Source: a virus
Lineage: Duplodnaviria; Caudoviricetes
Direction: 5' to 3' (one strand)
DNA length: 64,000 bases
IMG/VR virus record: IMGVR_UViG_2904560550_000001
Coordinates: 57,625-121,624 of that record
Shown: positions 9,897 to 19,962 of the stretch, piece after piece
Numbering within the stretch: the stretch's first letter is position 1
How the letters are laid out: each line of letters begins with the position of its first letter
Translations under genes and position numbers: made by a program
Notes under the pieces: generated by a model
The model's database searches: none
Told to the model about the DNA's origin: nothing
What the model saw: the letters and a program-made list of their open reading frames with translations, nothing else

Positions 9897-10061
9897 ATGA
9901 ATACAGACATCTTAATTAACGCTCTTAAAGAATACGACATGTTAAAGCAAATGGAAATCTGTAACGCCAATATAATGCTGCTGAGTAATATTCAAGGTGA
10001 AAATGAATGGATTGTTGCGTGGAAAGAATTTGATCAATACTTAATGAAAAAAATGATATGA
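9897..10061 (+). CDS. 54-aa protein at the SroC position (not in ORF track)
   Basis: AGGTG RBS; MNTDILINALKEYDMLKQMEIC... Confidence 0.65.
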   Translation: MNTDILINALKEYDMLKQMEICNANIMLLSNIQGENEWIVAWKEFDQYLMKKMI

Positions 10062-10070
10062 GGTGTCATT

Positions 10071-11129
10071 ATGGAAGCTCAAAAGAAAGCGTCAACACTA
10101 AGGGATTATTCAATATTCAACAACATAAATAGGTGGTTTGATGAATTAGATTTAAGAAACAGGGATCAAAAAACTGGAGAAATTGAAAAGTCTAATACTA
10201 GAGCCACGTATGAAAGGCATATAAGAGAGTTTTTCAACCACTATGCTGCCAAGGATATTGAATATTTAACTGAGAGTGACCTGGCGATCAAGAAGAGTGA
10301 CCTGTATGATTATCGAAGCCATTTGGCTAAAAATAAAAGTAACTCCAATTCAACAATTAACAACAAGATTGCCGCACTGAAAAGTATGATTAAGTATCTT
10401 GAATCTGAACATGAGTGTGATGCATCTGTATTTAATTTTAGGCCTCTTCCAACAGAAAAGAACCCAGCAGGCTCTTTTGAAGGAATATCTGAAGCTGATG
10501 AATTTGCTGAGGCAGCGTATGTTACTGAGCGGCAGAACAGATTAATGAAAAAGATGTTTATTTTGTTTAGTGCACGCACTGGAGGGCGTAAATCAGAGGT
10601 GCTTAGAGTTGGGTGGGATGATATTACTTATTCAGAAAAGCATCAATGCTATCTCGTCAACTTTAAAAAAACCAAGCAAAAAAAGGCTAGACCAGTTGGA
10701 ATTTCCACAGCTTTTTATGAAGAGTTGTTGCTGTTAAAGCAAGAGTATGGGGAGCATGAACTGTTATTTCATAAGTTAACAGTTGATTCAATACAGGATA
10801 TGTGGAATCGCGTATGTAGAGTTATGGGCATTCCAAAAGAAAGAAAGATAACTCCGCATAGTTTACGCAATACTGCAACAAACTTTTCTTACAGCGTTAA
10901 TGGTGATATTAAAAAAGTTGCAGCGTTCTCTGGTCACAGCAATATCAATGTTTTGAATGATCATTATTTAAACAATGAAAGGGATTATTCTCAAGATCCA
11001 GGGGTTTTGGTTGATCAAAAAGAAGACATGTCCTTTTTAGATGATGTTACCTTAGAGCAATATAAAGAATTCTTTTTAAAATCAGACATGTATATACAGA
11101 GTAAACTTAAAATGTTTTTGAACAAGTGA
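10071..11129 (+). CDS. yopP: Tyrosine recombinase YopP/SroD
   Basis: SAM-like N-domain; TGGRKSE, KTK, HSLR, GH and HY catalytic motifs. Confidence 0.9.
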   Translation: MEAQKKASTLRDYSIFNNINRWFDELDLRNRDQKTGEIEKSNTRATYERHIREFFNHYAAKDIEYLTESDLAIKKSDLYDYRSHLAKNKSNSNSTINNKIAALKSMIKYLESEHECDASVFNFRPLPTEKNPAGSFEGISEADEFAEAAYVTERQNRLMKKMFILFSARTGGRKSEVLRVGWDDITYSEKHQCYLVNFKKTKQKKARPVGISTAFYEELLLLKQEYGEHELLFHKLTVDSIQDMWNRVCRVMGIPKERKITPHSLRNTATNFSYSVNGDIKKVAAFSGHSNINVLNDHYLNNERDYSQDPGVLVDQKEDMSFLDDVTLEQYKEFFLKSDMYIQSKLKMFLNK

Positions 11130-11205
11130 TACAAATAATCATATAAAAGCTTTACTTGCTTATGAAAATAATGATAAATTTAATATGATTATGTGAGGTG
11201 ATAAT

Positions 11206-12555
11206 GTGTCTGAAGTTTTGTTGACAACGGATAAACTTTATAAGTTAAAAACTGAAATAGAGGGAAGGATTATTGATATTAAAGATGATTCCAATATGGT
11301 GAAGGAATTAAAAGCTACGATGGCGGAAAAATACAAGGCCCTCCCTGGTTATATCCAAGAAATTTTAAATAATAATGATAATAACGTACAGCGTTTAAAC
11401 GAAAAAGAAGTGTACATTGTTTCAAAAGAGATGTATTCAATTCTCGGGGCGCCAGCTTTAGATCCGTCAAATTATTTTCCAACCAGATTGGCAAAAGAGC
11501 TTGAAGGTGGGAGAGTATTCGCCGGTGAAGAAGTAGTTAAGCTCCCATACAAGTTTAAAAATGTGATTAAAATCAAAGAGGATAACTATGTCACTTCCAT
11601 TACTGCCAAAGAACTTAGTGAGTTATATAATAGCTCCATCCTGCAGTACAATTACAACACTCAGCGTGAAGGAAAGTATATTAAAGGCAGTCTTATTCCT
11701 GTCCCTAAAACAAACCCTAAATCAGTTGATGAGATCAAAGAATTGTTTATCAAAGGTGATTTAATTGTATCAATGTTAACTTTTAACGCTCGTCTTGGAA
11801 CATCTGATGGTGATGAAGAAGTTGAATATGATCCAAGCACTCAAACCCTCACTGTAACACGCGGAACCTTATTAGATGCTCTAGATGGATACCATCGAAT
11901 TTCAGGTATTGTTAAGGCCATTGCTGAAGTCCCTGAATTGGATCAACCATTCATTTTAAATGTACTCAATTACGATGAAGAAAAGGCTAAGGTTCACTTT
12001 GCTCAAATGAACACAATAAACCCAGTTGAAAAATCCAGAATTGAAGAATTAGGGCAAAAACGGTATTCTTCAACAGTTGTCGAGCAGCTGAAATTTAAAA
12101 GTGAACTTAAAAATAAAATAAGCCCACAAAGTGAAATTGGTATCGATAGCAATTTTCTTGTGACATATTATACTTTATCCGAAGCTATAGACGATGCATT
12201 TGAGTTGAAATCTCGAAAAGATGCGTTGAAAATTGCGAAATACCTGGTCGACTTTTTTGATAACCTTTTTTATGCCTTCCCAGATGAATTTCTTGAAGAT
12301 GATTTATCGTCCATTAGAAAGCAATCATACATTAATCATAACGTAATGTTTTACGGTTATGTTTATTTGGCCAAGAAGATGAAGGAAAACAATGTAGAAC
12401 TAAACAAGCTTGAAAGTATCCTTAATACAATTGACTTTAGTAAGAGCGGAAGAGTGTTTGAAGAATTAGGAAGACGAAATAATGAAAATCAACTGAAGAC
12501 TGCTATGAAGAAGAAACTAAAGAGAATATTTTATGATGAAATTGCTGTTGTTTAA
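11206..12555 (+). CDS. yopQ: YopQ/SroE, ParB/DndB-like (DGQHR) domain
   Basis: LDGYHR motif; synteny. Confidence 0.85.
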   Translation: MSEVLLTTDKLYKLKTEIEGRIIDIKDDSNMVKELKATMAEKYKALPGYIQEILNNNDNNVQRLNEKEVYIVSKEMYSILGAPALDPSNYFPTRLAKELEGGRVFAGEEVVKLPYKFKNVIKIKEDNYVTSITAKELSELYNSSILQYNYNTQREGKYIKGSLIPVPKTNPKSVDEIKELFIKGDLIVSMLTFNARLGTSDGDEEVEYDPSTQTLTVTRGTLLDALDGYHRISGIVKAIAEVPELDQPFILNVLNYDEEKAKVHFAQMNTINPVEKSRIEELGQKRYSSTVVEQLKFKSELKNKISPQSEIGIDSNFLVTYYTLSEAIDDAFELKSRKDALKIAKYLVDFFDNLFYAFPDEFLEDDLSSIRKQSYINHNVMFYGYVYLAKKMKENNVELNKLESILNTIDFSKSGRVFEELGRRNNENQLKTAMKKKLKRIFYDEIAVV

Positions 12556-12575
12556 AGCTTAAAGGAGAATTTAAT

Positions 12576-13559
12576 ATGAGTGAAATGTATAATGCTGAAT
12601 TGAAGGAAAAGTTTTTAGAGAAATACGAAAGTGAAGCAACAAGAAACCATTATTGGCTAAGGCTAAGGGATTTCTCAGCTACAGAAAAAATACTTCAAAA
12701 AGACATATTTAATTTTTCTTTGGAAGAGCTGCGTACGTTATTTTTAGATTTAGATAGCAAATCTATAGATTCACTAAGAGGAGCAAGAGCTGTAATTGGA
12801 CAATACACAACATGGGCAATGGAAAATGGCTTGGCAAACAGTAATATTAACAAAGTGTATCAGATACAGGATGGTGACCTAAAGCAGTTTATAGATAAAA
12901 ACAAAAAAACACTATTCACCAATAAAGAAGTAGAAGAGTATGTTGATTTTATGGTTAATTATCAGGATAAGGCCATGATACAGGCTATTTATGAAGGTAT
13001 AGATGGTTATCAGCATTCTGAGTTACTGAATTTAACAGGTGATGATTTACTCGATGATAACAAGGTGAAGCTGGTAGATGATAAACATGGTATAAGAATA
13101 ATTACTGTAAGTGATAAATGTTATGAGTTGCTTAAGCGTGCTAATGACCAAAGAACATATCATCTTAGCAATGGTTCTCCAGATAGTGGCCTTAAAAACA
13201 AATTTGCCACATTAGTTAAAAGCGAAAATATTTTTAGGCTAAAATATAAGAGTTCTAATCAGAGTATGAAAGCTGACAAATTTTTAGTTCACCGTTCTTT
13301 TAGTCAGTTTCAAAAATTTTTAGAAGAACCTTTCTTTACACCTAAAAATCTTATCAACTCAGGAAAGCTCAACATGGCGTATGAGATATATAAAGAGAAG
13401 GGTGAATTAAAAGTACCTGATTATAAAAAAATAACTCGACAATATGGATTCCTGAATGAAGACGCGGAGTTTAATTCACAATCACTGAGGAAAGTAGTGA
13501 ATATGGAGAACTTAGAAAAATATTGTATCAAGTCTGAAGTAATTGAGGCTAATTCTTAA
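12576..13559 (+). CDS. yopR: YopR/MrpR/SroF master repressor (degenerate tyrosine-recombinase fold)
   Basis: [11 protein letters not shown] start, EGIDG...SELLNL, no HxxR; synteny. Confidence 0.88.
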   Translation: MSEMYNAELKEKFLEKYESEATRNHYWLRLRDFSATEKILQKDIFNFSLEELRTLFLDLDSKSIDSLRGARAVIGQYTTWAMENGLANSNINKVYQIQDGDLKQFIDKNKKTLFTNKEVEEYVDFMVNYQDKAMIQAIYEGIDGYQHSELLNLTGDDLLDDNKVKLVDDKHGIRIITVSDKCYELLKRANDQRTYHLSNGSPDSGLKNKFATLVKSENIFRLKYKSSNQSMKADKFLVHRSFSQFQKFLEEPFFTPKNLINSGKLNMAYEIYKEKGELKVPDYKKITRQYGFLNEDAEFNSQSLRKVVNMENLEKYCIKSEVIEANS

Positions 13560-13577
13560 TCCCTGTTACAGGGATTA
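13557..13577 (+). terminator. Hairpin after yopR
   Basis: TAATCCCTG-TTA-CAGGGATTA. Confidence 0.7.
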
Positions 13578-13779
13578 ACTTTACATAACTTTTAGAGTAA
13601 AAATAAAAACAATGTGAATTAACTCGTGATATTTTTAGAAAAATATCAGGATTTTGTTCATATTTTTCAGAATTCGACAAAGTTAGACAGAGACAAATTT
13701 GTACATATGCAGTAAAATAGTTCTATACCCTGAAAAGGGTACAAGGAGGTTCGCTAGGCCAAACTCCCTAGCGTTTAAG

Positions 13780-14001
13780 TCAATGTTTGATTTTCCATTC
13801 ATAGAGATCTTCAATCGAACAGTTAAGTGCAATAGCAATGATTTTAGCCGTTTTTATATTCATGGAAGGTCTAAAGCCGTTTGCATAGTCACTTAATCTT
13901 TGCGTACTAATGCCTGTTCGCTTTGAAAGTTCTCCTAAGGACATTCCTCTACTTTCAAGGAGAATGGATATCAAACATTGTCCGATTTCAACCTCAAGCA
14001 T
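13780..14001 (-). CDS. yopS: YopS XRE-family HTH regulator
   Basis: GGAGG RBS before MLEVEIG; HTH_3 pattern. Confidence 0.85.
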   Translation of the reverse strand: MLEVEIGQCLISILLESRGMSLGELSKRTGISTQRLSDYANGFRPSMNIKTAKIIAIALNCSIEDLYEWKIKH

Positions 14002-14078
14002 CGGACAACCTCCTGTTATAGTATTGCTTATCATACTATATCAATTCTTTCCAAGTTTTTAAATGAAAGAAAAAAGAT

Positions 14079-14137
14079 TTGCCACTAACTAGGTAAAAGG
14101 TTATAATTAAGTCAACAAAAAAGGGAACGTAAGTTCG
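14079..14137 (+). promoter_or_regulatory. sigmaA promoter with downstream LexA (Cheo) box
   Basis: TTGCCA-17bp-TATAAT; GAAC-GTAA-GTTC at 14125-14136. Confidence 0.75.
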
Positions 14138-14166
14138 GTTAATTACTACCAGAGAGAGGGAAACGT

Positions 14167-14466
14167 ATGTCAGAAAAGGATTATTTTATTCAAGGGGAGC
14201 TGTGCATTCCTTTTTTCGGCAGAATAAAAGCCAAGAATGAAGAGGAAGCACTTTTGTTCGCATATCAATCAATTAAAAAGAAATTAAGAAATAAAACAGG
14301 AAAAATGGGGTTTCTTCAAAAAGATCAAGAAAAATATGAGGCACTATTTGATGTAGACATCATGTGTACAGAGGATGCTGAAATAACAACCTCTTATGCC
14401 GAAGAAATAGACGATTCGTTTGAAAATGAAGGCTATAAATCTTCTCAGCTGTTATCAATAAAATAA
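14167..14466 (+). CDS. Hypothetical phage protein
   Basis: ORF with RBS. Confidence 0.7.
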   Translation: MSEKDYFIQGELCIPFFGRIKAKNEEEALLFAYQSIKKKLRNKTGKMGFLQKDQEKYEALFDVDIMCTEDAEITTSYAEEIDDSFENEGYKSSQLLSIK

Positions 14467-14540
14467 ATGCACATACACATCTTGTCAGTCATCATGAGAC
14501 ATAAAAAATTGGTGACTTTTTAGTCAGACTGGAGCATACA

Positions 14541-14786
14541 ATGGATTTTAATCTTGAAATTGACTTGAAAGACATTATGAGATCAGTTTCCATGAGTGTT
14601 GGTTCTAAGAACATACAAAGTGGAGATTACTACATAGAGATTATTTTTAAAAACAATGGGGATTGTTTGAGGATTAGAATGGATCATGCTTCAGTTTTAG
14701 AATTTAGAGACAAAATAAATGAAACTCTTTGGAAACTGGACGGCATGAAGACGTTTATGAAGACAGCAGCTTTACAGTATGAGTAA
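14541..14786 (+). CDS. Hypothetical phage protein
   Basis: GGAG RBS. Confidence 0.65.
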   Translation: MDFNLEIDLKDIMRSVSMSVGSKNIQSGDYYIEIIFKNNGDCLRIRMDHASVLEFRDKINETLWKLDGMKTFMKTAALQYE

Positions 14787-14894
14787 AGCTGATTTTTTTA
14801 AAATTATTTAGAGTAAAAATAAAATAAGTATTTACAACATTTGGTTAAGGTTATATAATCGAATTAGAATAAGGAAAGGAGATAGCTTTAATTA

Positions 14895-15119
14895 TTGATT
14901 AATGAACCAACTAATAATCAAATAAGAACAATGGTTTTAAGGAAATATGCAAAGCTCTTAGCATCATGTGAAAGGTCTTTACGCAGCATAGATAATGGTG
15001 AAATCAGAATGGCAATTGGAGACTTGGATTTTGTTAAAGACAATTTAGAGGAAATACAATACATACTTCGTGATGTTGTGAATCAGCATGAATATATTGA
15101 GGGTAAAAATAAAATGTAA
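14895..15119 (+). CDS. Hypothetical phage protein
   Basis: AAAGGAG RBS; promoter TTTACA-17-TATAAT at 14831-14859. Confidence 0.7.
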   Translation: MINEPTNNQIRTMVLRKYAKLLASCERSLRSIDNGEIRMAIGDLDFVKDNLEEIQYILRDVVNQHEYIEGKNKM

Positions 15120-15151
15120 GTTTTATCAAGAAAGGTAAAGGGGGAAGAACA

Positions 15152-15427
15152 ATGAAATTCTATGAAATCAATGATCCATATTACGCGCTTATCAAAGCGA
15201 AAGACGAGGTGGATGCTGAAAGGATTTACAACGAGCAGATTGCTGACACGGACGATTACGACAATTTTCAAGACGATGAAATCCGAGAAGTGGAACGAGA
15301 CTATGCGCTCATTATGTATTCACAAACGAAGGGTGAAGATGGGGAGTTTATGTCTTACACCTATATTTCAGGAACTTTCAACAATCCGGACATTGAAGTC
15401 CTTATCATGGACGGTTCGCTCCTATGA
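15152..15427 (+). CDS. YopY-like protein
   Basis: MKFYEINDPYYALIKA...MDGSLL, recalled similarity. Confidence 0.7.
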   Translation: MKFYEINDPYYALIKAKDEVDAERIYNEQIADTDDYDNFQDDEIREVERDYALIMYSQTKGEDGEFMSYTYISGTFNNPDIEVLIMDGSLL

Positions 15428-15846
15428 ACACCGCATACAGAGTGTGGGACGGCGAGAAGATGCATTATTGGGATGATGGTGAGCTGAGTCTTATTATCTC
15501 GGGTAGAGAATGGAGGGTGTATCGCAATATCGTTGGAGCTCTTTGTCCCATCCGTATTGCGTCTAGTACTCAAAAAAATACGTCTCTCATGTGGGGCACA
15601 GGTCTAAAGGACAAGAAAGGGAAGGATATATACCAGAAGGATATCACTGAGGAATCGTATGTGAATCCTTTACTCAAAGAAAATGTTATTGACCGTTATG
15701 TTATTGAGAGACGGAAAGGTATCGACAGAATGAACCATGTCAGCAAAAAGAGCCAATTGGATAGGTTCTTATGGTATCGACTTGATGAAATCGAGGTTGT
15801 CGGAAACATTTTTGAAACTCCTGAGTTATTGGAGGACGCGGAGTGA
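15424..15846 (+). CDS. yopX: YopX family protein
   Basis: YRVWD, WGTGLKDKKGKDIY, EVVGNIFETPELL. Confidence 0.9.
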   Translation: MNTAYRVWDGEKMHYWDDGELSLIISGREWRVYRNIVGALCPIRIASSTQKNTSLMWGTGLKDKKGKDIYQKDITEESYVNPLLKENVIDRYVIERRKGIDRMNHVSKKSQLDRFLWYRLDEIEVVGNIFETPELLEDAE

Positions 15847-16029
15847 TGAAGACAAAAAAGAATCCGGCACGTGTTGTTGATACTAGAAATAATGCCACAT
15901 TGTTCACAGGGACAGAATGGGAATGCATGGAGTTCGCATTAAAGAATTATCCTCATGAAGAATTTCCCCATGTCTTGGTTGGTTTAAATGATGATGAGGA
16001 GGGCGTGCAGTGATGCGGGAGGAAGAAGA

Positions 16030-16212
16030 ATGACAGAAAACGAAGAGCTACAAGCAAGATGCATCGAATTGGAAACGCGTAACGAAGATTTAGCGCGGAC
16101 GATTCAGGAACAAAACAAAATGATCCGGGGGCAAAACTGGCGAATCATGTTTTTCGCCCTCTCTTGGGTCCTATATGGCGCTGTGAGTGCTGTGAATTAC
16201 TTTTGGGGGTGA
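16030..16212 (+). CDS. Coiled-coil protein with C-terminal transmembrane segment
   Basis: GGAGG RBS before MTENEEL. Confidence 0.65.
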   Translation: MTENEELQARCIELETRNEDLARTIQEQNKMIRGQNWRIMFFALSWVLYGAVSAVNYFWG

Positions 16213-16216
16213 CGGA

Positions 16217-16405
16217 ATGAACGAATACACCGAATGCCCGGAATGCGGGAACGACCAGATTATTGATTATGGGGAAATGGCGGTTGAGTATGAAATGTCA
16301 TTTAAAACAGGGAAGCTGCTGAAACGTAATAAAGAAGGGGAGTCTATATGGTGCGCGCAAAAGTGCCGTTGCGGCTGGGATAGTTATTCAGAAAAATATG
16401 AGTGA
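16217..16405 (+). CDS. Zinc-ribbon protein
   Basis: CPECG...CRCG. Confidence 0.7.
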   Translation: MNEYTECPECGNDQIIDYGEMAVEYEMSFKTGKLLKRNKEGESIWCAQKCRCGWDSYSEKYE

Positions 16406-16507
16406 GGTGTGCGCGGAGTGAACGACGGAATAATTGGCATTGTAGTATTAATACTCCTGTTGTGGGCGGTTATAGTTTGGTGGAGAAATTACTAAGGGAG
16501 GCGCGGA

Positions 16508-16711
16508 ATGAGCATTAATGCACGTACAATGGCATTCACTTATCATAGGGCACATCAAGAATGGAAGACGCTTGAAGATGCTATGATGATCGTTAATGAT
16601 CCTGATACAAAAAAGGGCATCGCTAAAGAAATTGAAAAAAGAAGACAGAACGCAAGTAAAATCGGGGAAAAGCTTGAACAATTTGAGGTTGATGTGGAGG
16701 ATGGACGATAG
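16508..16711 (+). CDS. Hypothetical phage protein
   Basis: GGGAGG RBS. Confidence 0.7.
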   Translation: MSINARTMAFTYHRAHQEWKTLEDAMMIVNDPDTKKGIAKEIEKRRQNASKIGEKLEQFEVDVEDGR

Positions 16712-16838
16712 AAAGGGAGGGGAATAAATTGACGAAAAGTGAAGGATGAAAAGTGACTATTGAGCTGTCTCATAAAATTAATCGAACCAAATAAAAGATG
16801 CATTTCATATTAAATGAGAATAGGGGGAGTAGTTAATA

Positions 16839-17075
16839 ATGGAGACAAAACACGGATTAAGTCAAGGACGGTTAAATGCAGCGAAAGATTATACTCGGAG
16901 TTTTGTGGAAAGGATCAATAAAATTGAGTTGATGTATCAGCTTTCTGTAAACAAAATGGTGGATGGAGAAAAAGCTGAGAATTTTATTTCAGGAAATATT
17001 AAAGAAATCGAGCGTGATTGGGAATGCTTTAAGAGCTATATTGCACAAAGAGGCGATATGAGAGAATTAGATTAA
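16839..17075 (+). CDS. Hypothetical phage protein
   Basis: GGGGGAG RBS; flanked by palindromes. Confidence 0.75.
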   Translation: METKHGLSQGRLNAAKDYTRSFVERINKIELMYQLSVNKMVDGEKAENFISGNIKEIERDWECFKSYIAQRGDMRELD

Positions 17076-17108
17076 AAGTAAAATTTAAAAGAGAAAGGGA
17101 GTTTAAAT

Positions 17109-17705
17109 ATGCCAACAGGATATACAAGCGAAATTTATCAGGGAGAAGAGGTATCCCCTAAGGACTTTTTATTGACATGTTCACGGGCTTTTGGTGCAAC
17201 CATTTCAATGAGGGAAGAACCTTTAAATGCTGAAATACCTGAGTTTGAACCGAGTAGCTACTATAAAGATGCTTTAACCAAGGAGTTATCAGAGTTAGAC
17301 AGGTATACAAATATGTCACTAAAAGAAGCGGAGATGGCTGTAGACGCCCTGTATCAAAATCAATTAAATGAATATAAGAAAATCTCTGATAACCAAAAGC
17401 AACTCCTAAAACGGTATACGAAATTATTAGAATGTATCAAAGAATGGGAGCCACCTACAAGTGAGCACATAAGTCTTAAAGAGTTTGCAATTGAGCAGTT
17501 AAAAGGCAGTATTAAAACTGATTGTAATCCCAGTCTCATTAGAGAGGTCGTACGACATGATCCTGAAGAATGGTTGAAAATGAAAATTGAGAAGACAAGG
17601 GATAATATCGAATGGTATAAACAAATGCATCAGGAAGAAGTTGAGAGAGTAAACAGACGAAACGAATGGATAAAGAATCTAAGGGAAAGTATGATTGGGA
17701 TTTAA
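17109..17705 (+). CDS. Hypothetical phage protein (MPTGYT start)
   Basis: GGGAG RBS; flanked by palindromes. Confidence 0.8.
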   Translation: MPTGYTSEIYQGEEVSPKDFLLTCSRAFGATISMREEPLNAEIPEFEPSSYYKDALTKELSELDRYTNMSLKEAEMAVDALYQNQLNEYKKISDNQKQLLKRYTKLLECIKEWEPPTSEHISLKEFAIEQLKGSIKTDCNPSLIREVVRHDPEEWLKMKIEKTRDNIEWYKQMHQEEVERVNRRNEWIKNLRESMIGI

Positions 17706-17784
17706 TAAAAAGACTGTTTTAAAGAAAGGATGAGAACCGATAGTCAATTTCAAAAAACTTAGTGATCCTGAATATATTAAGCAG

Positions 17785-18411
17785 ATGGAAATTGAGAGAA
17801 ATGAACGTGAGCGGATATATCAAGAAAAGGAGACTATAAGAAAGAAAACGGTGTGCTTCACTGGTCATAGGCCGAACAAATTGGGTGGATACGATATGAA
17901 AAATCCAACAATGCTTAAACTCAAAGATAAGCTACTTGAAGTCATTGAAGAATTAATCACTAAGGAAAACAAGTCCAGGTTCATAACTGGTGGAGCGTTA
18001 GGAACTGATCAGGCTGCTTGCTGGTGTGTACATATTCTAAAGAAGAAAAACCCACATATCAAAAACATAATTGCTGTACCTTTCAAAGAACAAGATAAAG
18101 TGTGGTCTGAAGAACAAAAAATGTGGTACAAACGAATGCTTGAAGTTGCAGATGAGATTGTTAATGTTGAAGAATTGGAGAAATATAAAGTTAGTGGAGT
18201 TGTACCAGGTGAGTTTTCACCGGCTAAAATGCAAAAACGAAATGAATACATGATTGACCACAGTGAAGTGGTAGTAGCCGTTTATGATGGTAGTAAAAGT
18301 GGGACAAGGAACTGTCTGAATTACGCTAGGAAAACATACTTAGGCCATCAAATTTGGAGGCTGCATCCGAAATGTGATTTTGAATTGGATATAAGCTATA
18401 CGCCTGGATGA
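17785..18411 (+). CDS. SLOG/YpsA (DUF1273) family protein, YoqJ-like; possible ATA start at 17740
   Basis: FTGHRP, GGALGTD, RNEYMID and SGT motifs. Confidence 0.85.
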   Translation: MEIERNERERIYQEKETIRKKTVCFTGHRPNKLGGYDMKNPTMLKLKDKLLEVIEELITKENKSRFITGGALGTDQAACWCVHILKKKNPHIKNIIAVPFKEQDKVWSEEQKMWYKRMLEVADEIVNVEELEKYKVSGVVPGEFSPAKMQKRNEYMIDHSEVVVAVYDGSKSGTRNCLNYARKTYLGHQIWRLHPKCDFELDISYTPG

Positions 18412-18424
18412 GGAGGAATATAAC

Positions 18425-18649
18425 ATGAATGAGTTTAAAATTGTGAATTTAGATGGAGTTAATTGGGGATCGCATAATGACGAAACTTTAGGTTTCAAAG
18501 AATTGATTACAGGAAGAACGACCGCAGCTGGCGATGTTGTTAATGTTGAAAGACGCGACGATTGTCCACTTCCTCTAAGGAAGAACCAATTTTGCATAAC
18601 ATTTACCAAAGAAATTGAGTTGTTTCTTGGAGAACCATTCACCCAATAA
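18425..18649 (+). CDS. Hypothetical phage protein
   Basis: GAGGAGG RBS. Confidence 0.65.
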   Translation: MNEFKIVNLDGVNWGSHNDETLGFKELITGRTTAAGDVVNVERRDDCPLPLRKNQFCITFTKEIELFLGEPFTQ

Positions 18650-18885
18650 GAATGCAAATCATTATTCGGATCAGATTTTAGCTGCAAAACATTAAAATAA
18701 AAGGATTATTTCATTGTAAGGAGGAAGGCACATAGGTTATTTAAAGCACATAATTGATACAGCCTGGTTTAACTTAGTTTGGTTTAGATGGCATCTTGGA
18801 GCGGACATAAGCGTATTTGACGGCTGCGGATGGTATACATATAAATATTTAAAGAGTAAAAATAAAATAAATGGAGGTTATAAGG

Positions 18886-19101
18886 GTGATAAAGAGGAAT
18901 CTGCTTAGTAACCACGTTGATGAGATTATTGGTGAATATTACGCTGCTAAAGGATATTCAGTCCAGAAAATTGACCGTCAGGAGAATGGCCAACTCATTG
19001 TTATTACGGAGCGAGCAGCTAAAGAACAGAAACAAGAAAAAGTCGATATTGCATTTGATTTTGTACATAGAAGACAGCATAAAAAGAAATGCCTTTCTTA
19101 A
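18886..19101 (+). CDS. YoqK-like protein
   Basis: GGAGG RBS, GTG start; recalled similarity. Confidence 0.65.
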   Translation: MIKRNLLSNHVDEIIGEYYAAKGYSVQKIDRQENGQLIVITERAAKEQKQEKVDIAFDFVHRRQHKKKCLS

Positions 19102-19140
19102 AACAAGAAAAAAGGAGCTAAAAAGCCCCTACCTTTAAGC

Positions 19141-19401
19141 TTAAACAACTTTTGTATAAATAGCCGTATAAAACTGAATTGAGTAATCGAAATAATATCT
19201 TGTAAGAGTATAAGTATATCCGTTGTATTCAATAGAAGGCTTGAAGTTTGGTATTGGGCTAATCTGATATATGGTGTCATAATCATATTCATCACTTTTT
19301 ACTACCACTTCAGACGAAGAACTTGTTGCCAAGGCAGGAACAGCGGATGTTAGCATGCCAAATGTTAAAGCAGAACTCAATAAAATTTTTCGAGGGTTCA
19401 A
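19141..19401 (-). CDS. Secreted LCI-like antimicrobial-peptide precursor (YoqM-like)
   Basis: Signal peptide; mature region SPIPNFKPS...NG...YFDYS...YTAIY aligns with recalled LCI. Confidence 0.65.
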   Translation of the reverse strand: MNPRKILLSSALTFGMLTSAVPALATSSSSEVVVKSDEYDYDTIYQISPIPNFKPSIEYNGYTYTLTRYYFDYSIQFYTAIYTKVV

Positions 19402-19525
19402 TTATATCAACTCCATTAACATTTTATACATTAATTATGAGGTAAATGGAAGATGCTTCGGAAGTGAATAATGGATCATAAATAGTTAAAATCGTGATTT
19501 TAAACAGAATAGGAGGCCTTGATAC

Positions 19526-19930
19526 ATGGGCTTATATGTAACACACGGAGCATTCGATGGGGCATACTCGTCATTCAATAATCTTAGAAGATTTTTATTA
19601 AAATCAATTGGAGGTAGTTGGCCACCTCATGATAACCAAAAATTTAAGGACGGCTATTGGTACTTTGGTAAAGGCTATTCAACAATAACCCATAAGGGAC
19701 TAACAGAGTTTTTCGGTCATTCAGATTGTGATGGTGTAATTACACCTGGAATGTGTAAAGTTGTTGCTGATGAATTGGAAGCCATTTTGCCACAAGTAGA
19801 GGAATTAGCTAAATCAGAACCATCATATGGTCATATATTGCGTGATGGCGGATGGGTAGCGGTTACAAAGCAGTTTATTGAAGGATGTAGACTGGCACAT
19901 GAAAGAAATGAACCATTAGAGTTTAGATAA
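19526..19930 (+). CDS. Hypothetical phage protein (HSDCDG motif)
   Basis: AGGAGG RBS; flanked by palindromes. Confidence 0.8.
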   Translation: MGLYVTHGAFDGAYSSFNNLRRFLLKSIGGSWPPHDNQKFKDGYWYFGKGYSTITHKGLTEFFGHSDCDGVITPGMCKVVADELEAILPQVEELAKSEPSYGHILRDGGWVAVTKQFIEGCRLAHERNEPLEFR

Positions 19931-19962
19931 AATCTTGTTTTTAAACAGATAGGAGGAAACGG

